64,000 nt of DNA, taken from contig CANQKD010000008.1 in the NCBI GenBank assembly GCA_947624375.1, positions 1-64,000 of the forward strand. The letters run 5' to 3'. A model generated the notes under the pieces. The model worked only from the letters and a program-made list of their open reading frames with translations. It was not told where the DNA came from and made no database searches. Source of the DNA: an uncultured Clostridia bacterium (GTDB taxonomy: Bacteria; Bacillota; Clostridia; Oscillospirales; Ruminococcaceae). Below, in pieces: positions 26,500 to 36,338 of the stretch; within the stretch, counting starts at the first letter, position 1; every line of letters starts with the position of its first letter. Made by a program: the position numbers and the translations under genes.

Positions 26500-27477
26500 A
26501 TGGCGAAAAAGCCGCTTTATAAAAGACTGAAATACGGCAATATCCTTGCCGTGCTGGTCATCGTGGTGTTTGTGGCTGTAATGGTATCGGTCATAAAAAG
26601 CTCAAAAAATGAAGACGATTCTTCAAATGTCAGCGCACCTTCCACTGAAAGCTCTCAGAGCGGCGATGTATCGACCTCTGACGGCAGCAGCACGCTTGAG
26701 GGGCAGAACACTGACACGGTCTTAGGCAAAATAAACTATACTTACGATAAGTATTCAAAAGCTTCTATGTATGACGGCGTTCTTGCCGTTGTAGGTACGC
26801 AGGCGGCGTTTTCGGGCTCGTCTGTCAGCGATTGCGTTTCCTGCTATGATTTCATGTCTGACAGCGAGGGCAATAAGCTTTTTTCTGTACGCGACAACAG
26901 CGTTACCGCGCGCACTGTTACCCTCAATGCCGTAAAAAGCATGATGACCGATTTTTGCAAGCAGTATGGCGAGGCAGGTCTGGTGCTTATGAACGGCTAC
27001 GAAACGGGCGACAGCAGCAGCGATCTTTGCACGGGCTATACCGTAAATTTCCGTATGCTGGCAGCTGACGGCACTTATACCGATTTTTCGCCTATGGGCA
27101 GCTATCAGTGGCTTACAGAAAACGCCTATAAATACGGGCTTATTTTCAGATATCCTCAGGAAAAAGCAGGCGTTACGGGCGTTTCCGATAAAACGGGGTA
27201 TCTGCGATATGTAGGTCAGCCGCACGCGCAGATAATGAAAAACAACGATATGTGCCTTGAAGAATACGTTGAAATGCTGAAAAGCCACTCGTATGAAAAC
27301 GCGATCGGCTATACTACAGAAAACGGCAGCGACTACGCGGTGTATTACTGCCCGTCAGAAGGGGAGAGCACCAACATAAAAGTGCCGACTTCCAGCGATG
27401 GTACAAAATATAATTACGAAATTTCGGGGAATAATACCGATGGGTTTATAGTCACGGCTAAACTTCCCGACAGATAA
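26500..27477 (+). CDS. Membrane-anchored peptidase M15 (VanY-like D-alanyl-D-alanine carboxypeptidase)
   Basis: N-terminal TM anchor and a Ser/Thr/Asp-rich linker. YGLIFRYPQEK...GYLRYVG matches the VanY-family catalytic region. Confidence 0.7.
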   Translation: MAKKPLYKRLKYGNILAVLVIVVFVAVMVSVIKSSKNEDDSSNVSAPSTESSQSGDVSTSDGSSTLEGQNTDTVLGKINYTYDKYSKASMYDGVLAVVGTQAAFSGSSVSDCVSCYDFMSDSEGNKLFSVRDNSVTARTVTLNAVKSMMTDFCKQYGEAGLVLMNGYETGDSSSDLCTGYTVNFRMLAADGTYTDFSPMGSYQWLTENAYKYGLIFRYPQEKAGVTGVSDKTGYLRYVGQPHAQIMKNNDMCLEEYVEMLKSHSYENAIGYTTENGSDYAVYYCPSEGESTNIKVPTSSDGTKYNYEISGNNTDGFIVTAKLPDR

Positions 27478-27501
27478 AATATATAAGGTATGGTGAATAA
27501 A

Positions 27502-28326
27502 ATGAGCGAATGTACACATGATTGCTCCACTTGTTCGAGCAATTGCAGCGAAAGACAAGATTTTCACGAGCCGCCTCACGAGCTTTCAAAGATAAAGAAA
27601 GTTATAGGCGTAGTAAGCGGCAAAGGAGGAGTAGGCAAGTCGATAGTTACCTCAATGCTTGCAACTTTGGTAAACAGAAACGGTTTTGCAACTGCTATTC
27701 TTGATGCCGACGTTACAGGCCCTTCAATACCAAAAGCGTTCGGCGTGCATGAAAGAGCGCAGGGGAATGAAAACAGTATTTTTCCCGTGAAGACCACAAA
27801 GGGCATCGAGATCATGAGCGTAAATCTTTTGCTTGAAAACGAAAACGACCCCGTTGTGTGGCGCGGACCCGTTATAGCAGGCGTGGTAAAGCAGTTCTGG
27901 CAGGACGTTATATGGAACGACGTTGACTTTATGTTTGTAGATATGCCTCCCGGAACGGGTGACGTGCCGCTGACGGTATTTCAGACGATAAAGCTTGACG
28001 GCATAATAATAGTTGCATCGCCGCAGGAGCTTGTTTCGCTGATAGTAGAAAAAGCCGTAAAAATGGCGAATATGATGAATATACCCATTCTCGGAGTAAT
28101 CGAGAATATGAGCTATGTTGAGTGCCCTGACTGCCATAAACAGATAAAGCTCTACGGCGAGAGCAATATTGACAAGATAGCGCAGCAGTACGGTATGCCC
28201 GTGCTTGCAAAGCTGCCCGTAGTGCCCGAGCTTGCAAAGCAGGTCGATGCAGGGCTTATAGAGCTTTTCGAGGGCGACTGGCTTGACGACTGCGTAAACA
28301 GGCTGATCTCAATGCTTGAAGAATGA
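27502..28326 (+). CDS. Mrp/ApbC/NBP35-family iron-sulfur cluster carrier ATPase
   Basis: Deviant Walker A GKGGVGKS, an N-terminal Cys-rich motif and a CPxC-like CPDCHKQ motif. Confidence 0.85.
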   Translation: MSECTHDCSTCSSNCSERQDFHEPPHELSKIKKVIGVVSGKGGVGKSIVTSMLATLVNRNGFATAILDADVTGPSIPKAFGVHERAQGNENSIFPVKTTKGIEIMSVNLLLENENDPVVWRGPVIAGVVKQFWQDVIWNDVDFMFVDMPPGTGDVPLTVFQTIKLDGIIIVASPQELVSLIVEKAVKMANMMNIPILGVIENMSYVECPDCHKQIKLYGESNIDKIAQQYGMPVLAKLPVVPELAKQVDAGLIELFEGDWLDDCVNRLISMLEE

Positions 28327-28500
28327 AAGCTGCTTTTGCACGTAATAATGTCGCTGCTTTCGCAGCAAGCCTGCGGAGCTGTTCGACGACCCACCAAAGT
28401 TGCCTCGCCAAAACGGAAAAGTTTTCGGTCAAGCCTTTTTCAAAAGGCTTGCGGGGAGTGGGGCAGCGCCCCACAAGGACACAGCGTGCGCTCCGAAAAA

Positions 28501-29005
28501 GGTGAATTGTGAAATAGTCCGGTGGACTATTTCACAAGAGGAAAATCCCTGCAAGAGAGGGATTTTCCTGTGAGAAGTTATCGCTCTCTTGTCGCGTTCC
28601 AGAATGGAACGCCGTGCTGTATGTGAAGTTTTAGCTGGCTCATAGGCGCAAACTTTTAACAATGCTGTTGCGCACGCAAGCGCGCGCAGAAAATATAGTC
28701 GGGTCTTTTCAAAGGGAACGCCCTCTCTTGCATGGGCGTAGCGTTCCCTTTGGGAACGCCTGAAGAATTATTTCGCCGCAAAAACTAAAAGCGAAATAAT
28801 TCTTCCCTCGCGGTCGTTTACGACCGCTACACCCATTTGCGGAGCGCCTGCCGCGTTTTCGGGGGCTCTGCCCCCATACCCCCGTGACCCTTTTGAAAAA
28901 GGGTCAATCGAAAACTTTTATTTTCTTGACAAGGCTTAAAACTTTAGTGTACTGGGGAGCGTTGAACAGCTCCACAGGCTGCGCGTAAGCGCAACTATTA
29001 CACTT
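28501..29005. repeat. Palindromic-unit block A, copy 2, in the convergent intergenic region. Positions 28501-28570 are the exact reverse complement of 564-633. Additional hairpin modules occupy 28586-28830. The direct-orientation module 28833-29005 matches 634-895
   Basis: Read directly from the sequence. There are many perfect hairpins, for example gaagaattatttcgc...gcgaaataattcttc and gcggtcgtttacgaccgc. Confidence 0.65.
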
Positions 29006-29059
29006 ATGCATAAGCAAGATAACAAAAAAGCCGTCTTTTTCAAGGCGGTCTTTTCTTTG

Positions 29060-30301
29060 TTAATTTGCCCTTTTTGCGTTTGCAAGCATAAGCTTTATGC
29101 GGTTTTCCTGGTTTACCTTGGTCGCGCCGGGGTCGTAATCTATCGCAACTATGTTTGCCTCGGGGTATGCCTCTTTTATAACGCGCATCATACCCTTTGC
29201 AACAATGTGGTTGGGCAGACACCCGAACGGCTGCGTGCAGATTATATTTTCTGTGCCGCTCTCGGCAAGAGCCGCCATTTCAGCAGTTATCAGCCAGCCC
29301 TCACCCATTTTTACGCCCTGGTTTATGTACTTGTCGGCGTAGCGGCGAAGCTCCTCAAAATCGTGAGGAGGGAAGAACACCCCGTGCTCTTTCACTGCCT
29401 TTATCTGCTGCTTCTGATAAGTGTACAACGCCTTGTAACCCACCGCATAGCCGTAATATCCGCTGTCCTTGCGGTCGTAAAGCTTGCCGTCGTTTATCCT
29501 GTCGGTCGCGCAGTACATTACAAAGTCTAAAAGCCCGGGCACATTCGGCTCGCACCCCTCCGAGATAAGAAACTCATTCAGATGATTGTTAGCCAGCGGC
29601 GAGTATTTTACATAAATCTCGCCCACAATGCCCACACGCGGCTTTTTTTCTTTGGTGCGCTCTATCGAGGCAAAGTCGTTAAGTATAGCTCTGTAGTGCC
29701 GCTTGGTGTCAAAAAACTTGTTCTCCGCGAACATCTTTCCCAGCCGTTTTTCCCACTTTTCAAGCATCTTGTCGGTGTCACCCTTGTTCACCTCATACGG
29801 CACGCACTGGTTGTAAAGCAGCATAAGCAGGTCGCCGTAAAGTACGCCGTATATAAGCTTTACCATTATGGGCACGGTTATCTTGAACGCAGGGTTTTTC
29901 TCCAGTCCGCTGAAATTGAGTGATATAACAGGCACCTGCGGAAACTCAGCTGAGATAGCCTTTCTTATCAGATGGATGTAGTTTGAAGCACGGCAGCCGC
30001 CGCCCGTCTGCGACATAAGCAGAGCCGTTTTGTTCACATCATACTTGCCGCTTTTCAGTGCATCCATAAACTGCCCTATGACCAGCAGAGCAGGGTAGCA
30101 GGTGTCGTTGTGTGTATTTTTCAGACCCTCGTCAACAACATTTCGCGAGGTGTTCGTCAGCAGCTCCATGTGGTAGCCGTAATTTTCAAATATCTGCATT
30201 ATCAGCCGGAAATGAATAGGCAGCATATCGGGCACAAGTATCGTGTAGTCCTTTTTCATTTCCTCGGTAAATACAGTTTGTTCAACTCTTTCAGAAGCCA
30301 T
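29060..30301 (-). CDS. 2-hydroxyacyl-CoA-dehydratase-associated uncharacterised domain protein (DUF2229-like partner of the upstream activase)
   Basis: 413 aa, with conserved pairing to the BadF/BcrAD-type activase gene immediately upstream. Confidence 0.65.
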   Translation of the reverse strand: MASERVEQTVFTEEMKKDYTILVPDMLPIHFRLIMQIFENYGYHMELLTNTSRNVVDEGLKNTHNDTCYPALLVIGQFMDALKSGKYDVNKTALLMSQTGGGCRASNYIHLIRKAISAEFPQVPVISLNFSGLEKNPAFKITVPIMVKLIYGVLYGDLLMLLYNQCVPYEVNKGDTDKMLEKWEKRLGKMFAENKFFDTKRHYRAILNDFASIERTKEKKPRVGIVGEIYVKYSPLANNHLNEFLISEGCEPNVPGLLDFVMYCATDRINDGKLYDRKDSGYYGYAVGYKALYTYQKQQIKAVKEHGVFFPPHDFEELRRYADKYINQGVKMGEGWLITAEMAALAESGTENIICTQPFGCLPNHIVAKGMMRVIKEAYPEANIVAIDYDPGATKVNQENRIKLMLANAKRAN

Positions 30302-30328
30302 ATTCCTCAGTTCCTTAACTTTAATATG

Positions 30329-33280
30329 TTATACAGCCGCGGTCTGGCGCTCTTTTTCTTCCAGAGCAGCCACCAGACTGCGCAGCCTTATCCTTGCCGC
30401 ACCAAGATTATTTATTTCGTCTATCTTCAGCTGCGTGTAAAGCTTGCCTTTTTCCTCTAAGATAGCCCTTACCTCATCGGTAGTTATCGCATCTATGCCG
30501 CAGCCGAACGACACCAGCTGAACCAGCTGCATATCGGGCTGAGTGCATACATATTCTGCCGCCCTGTAAAGCCGCGAGTGGTAAGTCCACTGGTTGAGCA
30601 CATCAAGCGGCGGCACACCCACAAGTTCTGAAACGCTGTCCTCGGTTATGACCGCCAGCCCCAGCGAGGCAATGAGCTTGTGTATACCGTGATTTATCTC
30701 GGGGTCTATGTGGTAAGGTCTGCCTGCCAGCACGATTATTTTCTTGCCGTTTTCGCGCGCGTTCGCAATTATTTCAAGAGCCTTGTTCTTTATGTCTTTT
30801 CTGTATGCCCTCTCCGCCGCGAATGCCTCGTCAAGAACCGCATATATCTGCTTGTAGCCGATGCCGTAGCGCTCCAGCGCCCTTGCAAGAGCTTTAGCAG
30901 TGTGGTTCTTTCTGTTTATATCAATGTAAGGAGCAATGAAGTTTTCGTCATTCAGCAGCTCGTTGTTGGCTTTCAGAAGCTCGGGGTAGTAAGCAACAAC
31001 AGGGCAGTTGTAGTGGTTGTCGCTGCCGCCCTCGTCAATGTTGTAGCTCATGCAGGGGTAGAATATAAAGTCCACGCCCTTTTCAAACAGGCTCTCAATG
31101 TGCCCGTGACAGAGTTTCGCAGGGTAACAAACCGTGTCTGACGGTATAGTCTGCTGACCCTTGTAGTATGTGTCGCGGGTAGATTCTTCCGAGATAACCA
31201 CTTCAAAACCAAGCTTTGTAAACATAGTAGAGAAGTAGGGAAGAAGATCATAAAAACTCAGCGCCAGCGGCAGACCTACTTTCGCTATCGGCTCTCCCTG
31301 CGGCTTTTGCTCTGCGAAGCTGAGAAGTTTTTTGTACTTGTATTCGTAAAGATCTTCATTTTCGGTATCGATCTTTATGCCGGCGCCCTTTTCACATCGA
31401 TTGCCCGAAATAAACTTGTGACCGTCATTGAACCTTATTATCGTAAGATTGCAGTGCGCACCGCAGCCGCCGCATTGTGCCGCAGTAGAGCGGTAACTGA
31501 ACTGCTCCAGCTGCTGAGCCGAAAGCAGAGAGCTTTTATCGCCCTTTGCGTTTTCTTTGGCGTATAAAGCGCAGCCGAACGCACCCATAAGCCCTGCAAT
31601 GGCAGGTCTGATAACGTTTCTGCCAAGCTCTGTTTCAAACGAGCGCAGTACTGCATCATTGAGAAACGTGCCGCCCTGAACGACAATATTCTGCCCCAGC
31701 TCGTCAATGCTCTTTGCCCTTATTACCTTGTATACCGCATTTTTTATGATAGACGACGAAAGTCCTGCCGATATGTCTGCGACCTCCGCACCGTCTTTCT
31801 GCGCCTGCTTTACCGAGCTGTTCATAAACACCGTGCAGCGCGAGCCCAGCTCAACAGGCTTTTTGGCAAACAGACCAAGCCGCGCAAAATCGGCAATGTC
31901 GTAGCCCAGCGCCTGCGCAAACGTCTGTATGAACGAGCCGCAGCCCGATGAGCACGCCTCGTTGAGCATTATGCTGTCAATGGCGTTGTTTTTTATCTTG
32001 AAGCACTTTATATCCTGTCCGCCTATGTCTATAATGAAGTCAACATCGGGGCAGAAGTATGCCGCCGCCTTAAAGTGCGCCACCGTCTCAACAATGCCGA
32101 AATCCACGCCAAGACCGGTGCGTATAAGGTCCTCGCCGTATCCCGTAACAGCCGAAGAAACAATATTCAGCTTCGGTGTTGCAATTCTGTATATTTCCTT
32201 TATCTTGTCGGCAATAATGTCAAGCGGCTGACCCATATTTGAGCAGTAGTGGCGGTACAGAAGTTTTCCGTCAGGCGTTATAAGAACCAGCTTTGTCGTC
32301 GTCGAGCCTGCATCAATGCCAAGATACGCATCACCCTCATAGGTATGTATATCTTCATATTTCAGATCGCTCTGTTTGTGCCTTTCAACAAATTCGTGGT
32401 ATTCATCTTGATTTTGAAAAAGCGGCTTGCCTATCACAATATTATCGTTGGTTTTCGCGTTTTTCAGCTTTTCTATTGCCTCGTCAATGCTCGTATCCTG
32501 CGATATTTCTTTAGCCTGCAATGCGCAGCCGTATGCCATAAACACAGGCGCAAGCTCGGGCAGAACAGCGTGCTGCTCATCTAGCTTCAGCGTTTCTTTG
32601 AAAGCGTTTCTCAAAGCCGGCAAAAACGACAGCGGACCGCCGAGAAACAGCACTTTGCCTTCAATTTTTCTTCCCTGCGCCAAGCCCGAAACAGTCTGGT
32701 CTACCACCGCCTGAAAGATAGAAGCCGCAATGTCCTCTTTTTTCGCGCCCTGATTGAGAAGCGGCTGGATATCAGACTTTGCAAAAACGCCGCAGCGCGA
32801 GGCTATGGGGTATATCTTTTCATGCCGCAGAGCCATGTCGTTGAGCATATCGGGAGTAACTCCGAGAAGCGTTGCCATCTGGTCTATGAATGCGCCCGTG
32901 CCTCCTGCGCATGAGCCGTTCATACGCTGCTCAACGCCGCCCGTCAGAAAGATTATCTTAGCATCTTCGCCGCCGAGTTCAACAACAACATCGGCATCGG
33001 GGTATGTCTTTTCCACCGCCACAAACGCCGAATAAACCTCCTGCACGAACGAAATTCCCGAAGCATCAGCAAGCCCCAGCCCTGCCGAGCCCGTGATAGC
33101 TATGCGAAAATCGCACTCGCCGTAAGAGCGCTTTATCACTTCAAGCTGATCTATAACAGTTTCGCGCACTTTAGAAAAATGCCGTTCATATTTTGTGTAT
33201 ATAATGTCATCGCCGTCTAAAATAACGGTCTTTACCGTAGTAGAGCCTACGTCTATACCCAAGTCATAAATTTTTTTCAT
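30329..33280 (-). CDS. CoA-substrate-specific enzyme activase with two BadF/BadG/BcrA/BcrD-type ATPase domains fused to a dehydratase-like domain
   Basis: 983 aa. Both halves contain the DxGST(T)xK acetate/sugar-kinase-fold signatures (LGIDVGSTTVK and LGIDAGSTTTK). A Cys cluster sits between the ATPase units. Confidence 0.8.
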   Translation of the reverse strand: MKKIYDLGIDVGSTTVKTVILDGDDIIYTKYERHFSKVRETVIDQLEVIKRSYGECDFRIAITGSAGLGLADASGISFVQEVYSAFVAVEKTYPDADVVVELGGEDAKIIFLTGGVEQRMNGSCAGGTGAFIDQMATLLGVTPDMLNDMALRHEKIYPIASRCGVFAKSDIQPLLNQGAKKEDIAASIFQAVVDQTVSGLAQGRKIEGKVLFLGGPLSFLPALRNAFKETLKLDEQHAVLPELAPVFMAYGCALQAKEISQDTSIDEAIEKLKNAKTNDNIVIGKPLFQNQDEYHEFVERHKQSDLKYEDIHTYEGDAYLGIDAGSTTTKLVLITPDGKLLYRHYCSNMGQPLDIIADKIKEIYRIATPKLNIVSSAVTGYGEDLIRTGLGVDFGIVETVAHFKAAAYFCPDVDFIIDIGGQDIKCFKIKNNAIDSIMLNEACSSGCGSFIQTFAQALGYDIADFARLGLFAKKPVELGSRCTVFMNSSVKQAQKDGAEVADISAGLSSSIIKNAVYKVIRAKSIDELGQNIVVQGGTFLNDAVLRSFETELGRNVIRPAIAGLMGAFGCALYAKENAKGDKSSLLSAQQLEQFSYRSTAAQCGGCGAHCNLTIIRFNDGHKFISGNRCEKGAGIKIDTENEDLYEYKYKKLLSFAEQKPQGEPIAKVGLPLALSFYDLLPYFSTMFTKLGFEVVISEESTRDTYYKGQQTIPSDTVCYPAKLCHGHIESLFEKGVDFIFYPCMSYNIDEGGSDNHYNCPVVAYYPELLKANNELLNDENFIAPYIDINRKNHTAKALARALERYGIGYKQIYAVLDEAFAAERAYRKDIKNKALEIIANARENGKKIIVLAGRPYHIDPEINHGIHKLIASLGLAVITEDSVSELVGVPPLDVLNQWTYHSRLYRAAEYVCTQPDMQLVQLVSFGCGIDAITTDEVRAILEEKGKLYTQLKIDEINNLGAARIRLRSLVAALEEKERQTAAV

Positions 33281-33449
33281 TCAATAATACCTCCATCTTG
33301 AGTATAAGAATATCGTCATATCGTCAGATAGAATAATTATAACATATTTTTTATAAAAATGGAAGAGCTTTTGAACAACTTTTTTCAAGAAATTTTAATA
33401 TATAAAGATTTCCTGCAAAAAATATAGTGTAAAGAAAAGCTCTTTCCCT

Positions 33450-33484
33450 TGATTTTTACTGTATGATGTGTTATAATTACCATT
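33450..33484 (+). promoter_or_regulatory. Sigma-A type promoter for rnpB: TTGATT, 17 nt, TATAAT
   Basis: Near-consensus hexamers lie 6-8 nt upstream of the predicted P1 start. Confidence 0.6.
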
Positions 33485-33489
33485 GTGAG

Positions 33490-33838
33490 TATGTGAGCAG
33501 ACTATGCGATAGCGTAAACGTTTAGTTTATGAGGAAAGTCCGGGCATCACAGAGCAGGGTAGCTGATAACGTCAGCCGAGGGTGACCTCAGAGCAAGTGC
33601 AACAGAGATATACCGCCGCTTTATGCGGTAAGGGTGGAAAGGTGCGGTAAGAGCGCACCGGACGGCATGAGAATGCCGTGCCATGTAAACCTTACCCGAT
33701 GCAACTCCAATGGTAGGCAGAAAGCCAATGTCTGCTCGGCAGGCTGATGCCTATAGGGGGCTGGAGCCTTGCGGCGACGCAGGGCGCAGATAGATTATCG
33801 CACACGACAGAACCCGGCTTATCGGTCTGGTCACAGCA
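33490..33838 (+). ncRNA. rnpB: RNase P RNA, bacterial type A
   Basis: P4 strands GAGGAAAGUCCGGGC and ACAGAACCCGGCUUA. Internal segments AGGGUAGCUGAUAACGUCAGCC..., GUGCAACAGAGA, GGUAAGGGUGGAAAGGUGCGGUAAGAGCGCACC and UGUAAACC align with E. coli M1 RNA. P1 pairs ~33490-33510 with ~33818-33838. Confidence 0.85.
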
Positions 33839-34072
33839 AAGCGCATCGACAAAGTCGATGCTTCACGGGGACACCCCGAACTGGTTTCCCTGCGGTTTTA
33901 CCTAAAAGGTAAAACCGTGTTCCTGACGTCGGCTTCGTTACCCTCACGCTAAAAAATTCACATAAAGATGTTCATTTTTTAGCTGCGCCGACAGAGGTGT
34001 TAAATTCTGACATTCTGATGACTGTGGGGAGTTTACGCTCCCCTTTGATTTATATTTTTTGGAGGGATCAAT

Positions 34073-35461
34073 TTGAATTATTCCGAGAAGATAAACAAAT
34101 ATATAGATGAGCATACAGATGATATGCTGCGCGACCTCAAAGGTCTTATGCAGATAAACAGCGCGGCTGAAATAAATGCTGACGGTCTGCCGTTTGGCAA
34201 GGGCTCGGCGCAGGCGCTTGAATATATACGCAAACTTTCGGAAAATATCGGCATGACTACCGAAAACTTTGAAAACTATGCCGTTACCGCAGATTATGGC
34301 AGCGGCGCGCCCACACTTGGCATACTCGCGCACGTTGATGTCGTTCCTAAGGGTGAGGGCTGGACTAAACCGTGCTTTGACCTTACCGTAGAAAACGGCA
34401 AAGTTTACGGCAGGGGAGCGATAGATGACAAAGGCCCTGCGGTAGCTTCTTTGTACGCAGTGAAAGCGATAAAAGAACTCGGCATACCGCTGAAATGCTC
34501 TGTCAGATATATCTTTGGCGGCGGCGAAGAACTTGGCTGCGAGGATATTGAATACTACTGCCAAAGAAAGCAGCTGCCGCAGTGCGTTATCACCCCAGAC
34601 GGCGAATTTCCTATAGTAAACGCCGAGAAAGGCATGGCGCACATCACCGCGAAAAAGTCTTTCACAAAAGATACTGCCGTAAACGCAAAAATAACCTGCA
34701 AAGGCGCGGTAAATGCTGTTCCTGCAAAGGCGCAGGCAACGCTTTGCGGCTATTCGGCAGGCGATATTAACAAGGCAATAGAAGCCGCCCAAACCTCTGC
34801 CGAATTTACCGTTTCTGAAAGCGGCGGCACGGTAGAAATAACATCGCACGGCAAGTCGGCGCACGGATCACGGCCGCAGCTTGGCGTAAATGCCCTTACT
34901 GCTCTTGTAAAGGTGCTGGGTATTCTGGGTATAAAAGAATGTGCAGTGTTATCGTGTCTTTTCCCGTTTGAAGAAACAGACGGCGCGAGCCTTGGCATAA
35001 ACTTTGCAGATGAAGTTTCCGGCAGTACAACGCTTGCTTTCACGGTGTGCGAGATGAACGAAAACGGCTGCGAGATAAGCCTTGACTGCCGCTTCCCTGT
35101 TAGCAGAACGGTGAAAGAAGTAGTCGGCGGCATTGAAAAAGCGCTCTGTGCAAGCGGCTATGAGATAGTACACAAACAGACGATGGAAGCCCACCACGTT
35201 GACGAAAGCACCCCGTTTATCGATGCTCTTAAACGCGCGTATGAAAAAGTCACGGGAGATGCGGCTAAGTGCGTATGCGAAACGGGCGTTACCTATGCGC
35301 ACAATATGCCGCAGGGCGTGGCGTTCGGCGCTGCCCCTGGGGGAGAGGACTGCAATATGCACTCGGCTGATGAATATATAAGCATAGAGCAGCTAAAAAA
35401 TGTTGCAAAAATATATGCAAATGCTATTATAGAGATATGTAAAACGGAGGAAAACTTATGA
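34073..35461 (+). CDS. Peptidase M20 family dipeptidase (PepV/Sapep-like), TTG start
   Basis: Has HVDVVP, GRGAIDDKG and a GGGEE metal-binding motif. RBS GGAGGGA lies 4 nt upstream of TTG. Confidence 0.8.
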   Translation: MNYSEKINKYIDEHTDDMLRDLKGLMQINSAAEINADGLPFGKGSAQALEYIRKLSENIGMTTENFENYAVTADYGSGAPTLGILAHVDVVPKGEGWTKPCFDLTVENGKVYGRGAIDDKGPAVASLYAVKAIKELGIPLKCSVRYIFGGGEELGCEDIEYYCQRKQLPQCVITPDGEFPIVNAEKGMAHITAKKSFTKDTAVNAKITCKGAVNAVPAKAQATLCGYSAGDINKAIEAAQTSAEFTVSESGGTVEITSHGKSAHGSRPQLGVNALTALVKVLGILGIKECAVLSCLFPFEETDGASLGINFADEVSGSTTLAFTVCEMNENGCEISLDCRFPVSRTVKEVVGGIEKALCASGYEIVHKQTMEAHHVDESTPFIDALKRAYEKVTGDAAKCVCETGVTYAHNMPQGVAFGAAPGGEDCNMHSADEYISIEQLKNVAKIYANAIIEICKTEENL

Positions 35462-36312
35462 AAATAGCTGTTGTAGGTCTGGGGCTTATAGGCGGCTCTA
35501 TCGCTAAAACTTTAAAAAAGAACACAAATCACAGCGTATATGCTATAAACCGCAGCCAGCAAACGCTGAAAACAGCCCTTTCGGAAGAAGCGATAGACGG
35601 CGCGATTACCGCAGAAGAAATTAAAGACATGGACGTTGTGTTTATAGGTCTGTATGCAGGGCTGACAATAGATTTTGTTATGAAAAATGCCGATAATTTC
35701 AAAAAAGGCGCGGTGGTTGCCGATACCTGCGGCGTAAAGACTGAGATTGTCAAGGCTCTCACTCAGCCTCTTGCCGAAAAGGGCGTGCATTTTGTGGGCT
35801 GCCACCCAATGGCAGGCAGAGAGTTTTCGGGTTACCGCTATTCACTCGATAACCTTTTTGACAACGCAAGTTTTATAATCACTCCCGATGAAGACACCGA
35901 CCAGGGCGCGGTTCAGCTGCTTTCGGACTTAGCGCACGAGATGCGTTTTCGCAAGACTGTTATAAGCACTCCGCAGGAGCACGACAGAGTGATAGCGTTC
36001 ACATCACAGCTGGCGCATATAGTTTCGGCTTCGTATGTAAAAAGCCCCTCGCTTTTGAAGCAGGCAGGTTTTTCGGCAGGCAGTTTTAAAGATATGACCA
36101 GAGTTGCATACCTTAACGAGGATATGTGGACGGAACTTTTTATGCTGAATAAAGATGCTCTCTCGTTTGAGATAGGCTGCGTAATAAACGCTTTGCAGGA
36201 TTATAAAAATGCCCTTGACAGCGGCGACAGTGAAAAACTTCATGAGCTTTTGAAAGAGAGCCGCGAGCTTAAAGAACGCAGCGACGAAAACACCGCCAAG
36301 CAGGGCGGCTGA
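35458..36312 (+). CDS. tyrA: Prephenate dehydrogenase
   Basis: Rossmann fold MKIAVVGLGLIGGS and a GCHPMAG catalytic-His motif. Confidence 0.8.
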   Translation: MKIAVVGLGLIGGSIAKTLKKNTNHSVYAINRSQQTLKTALSEEAIDGAITAEEIKDMDVVFIGLYAGLTIDFVMKNADNFKKGAVVADTCGVKTEIVKALTQPLAEKGVHFVGCHPMAGREFSGYRYSLDNLFDNASFIITPDEDTDQGAVQLLSDLAHEMRFRKTVISTPQEHDRVIAFTSQLAHIVSASYVKSPSLLKQAGFSAGSFKDMTRVAYLNEDMWTELFMLNKDALSFEIGCVINALQDYKNALDSGDSEKLHELLKESRELKERSDENTAKQGG

Positions 36313-36338
36313 AACATCTGTACGGAGGTATACATATT

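Noticed and set aside
33944-34864. 306-aa minus-strand ORF overlapping the M20 dipeptidase gene
   Set aside because: It is antisense to a CDS with clear M20 motifs. Its content is Arg/Cys-rich and of low complexity.
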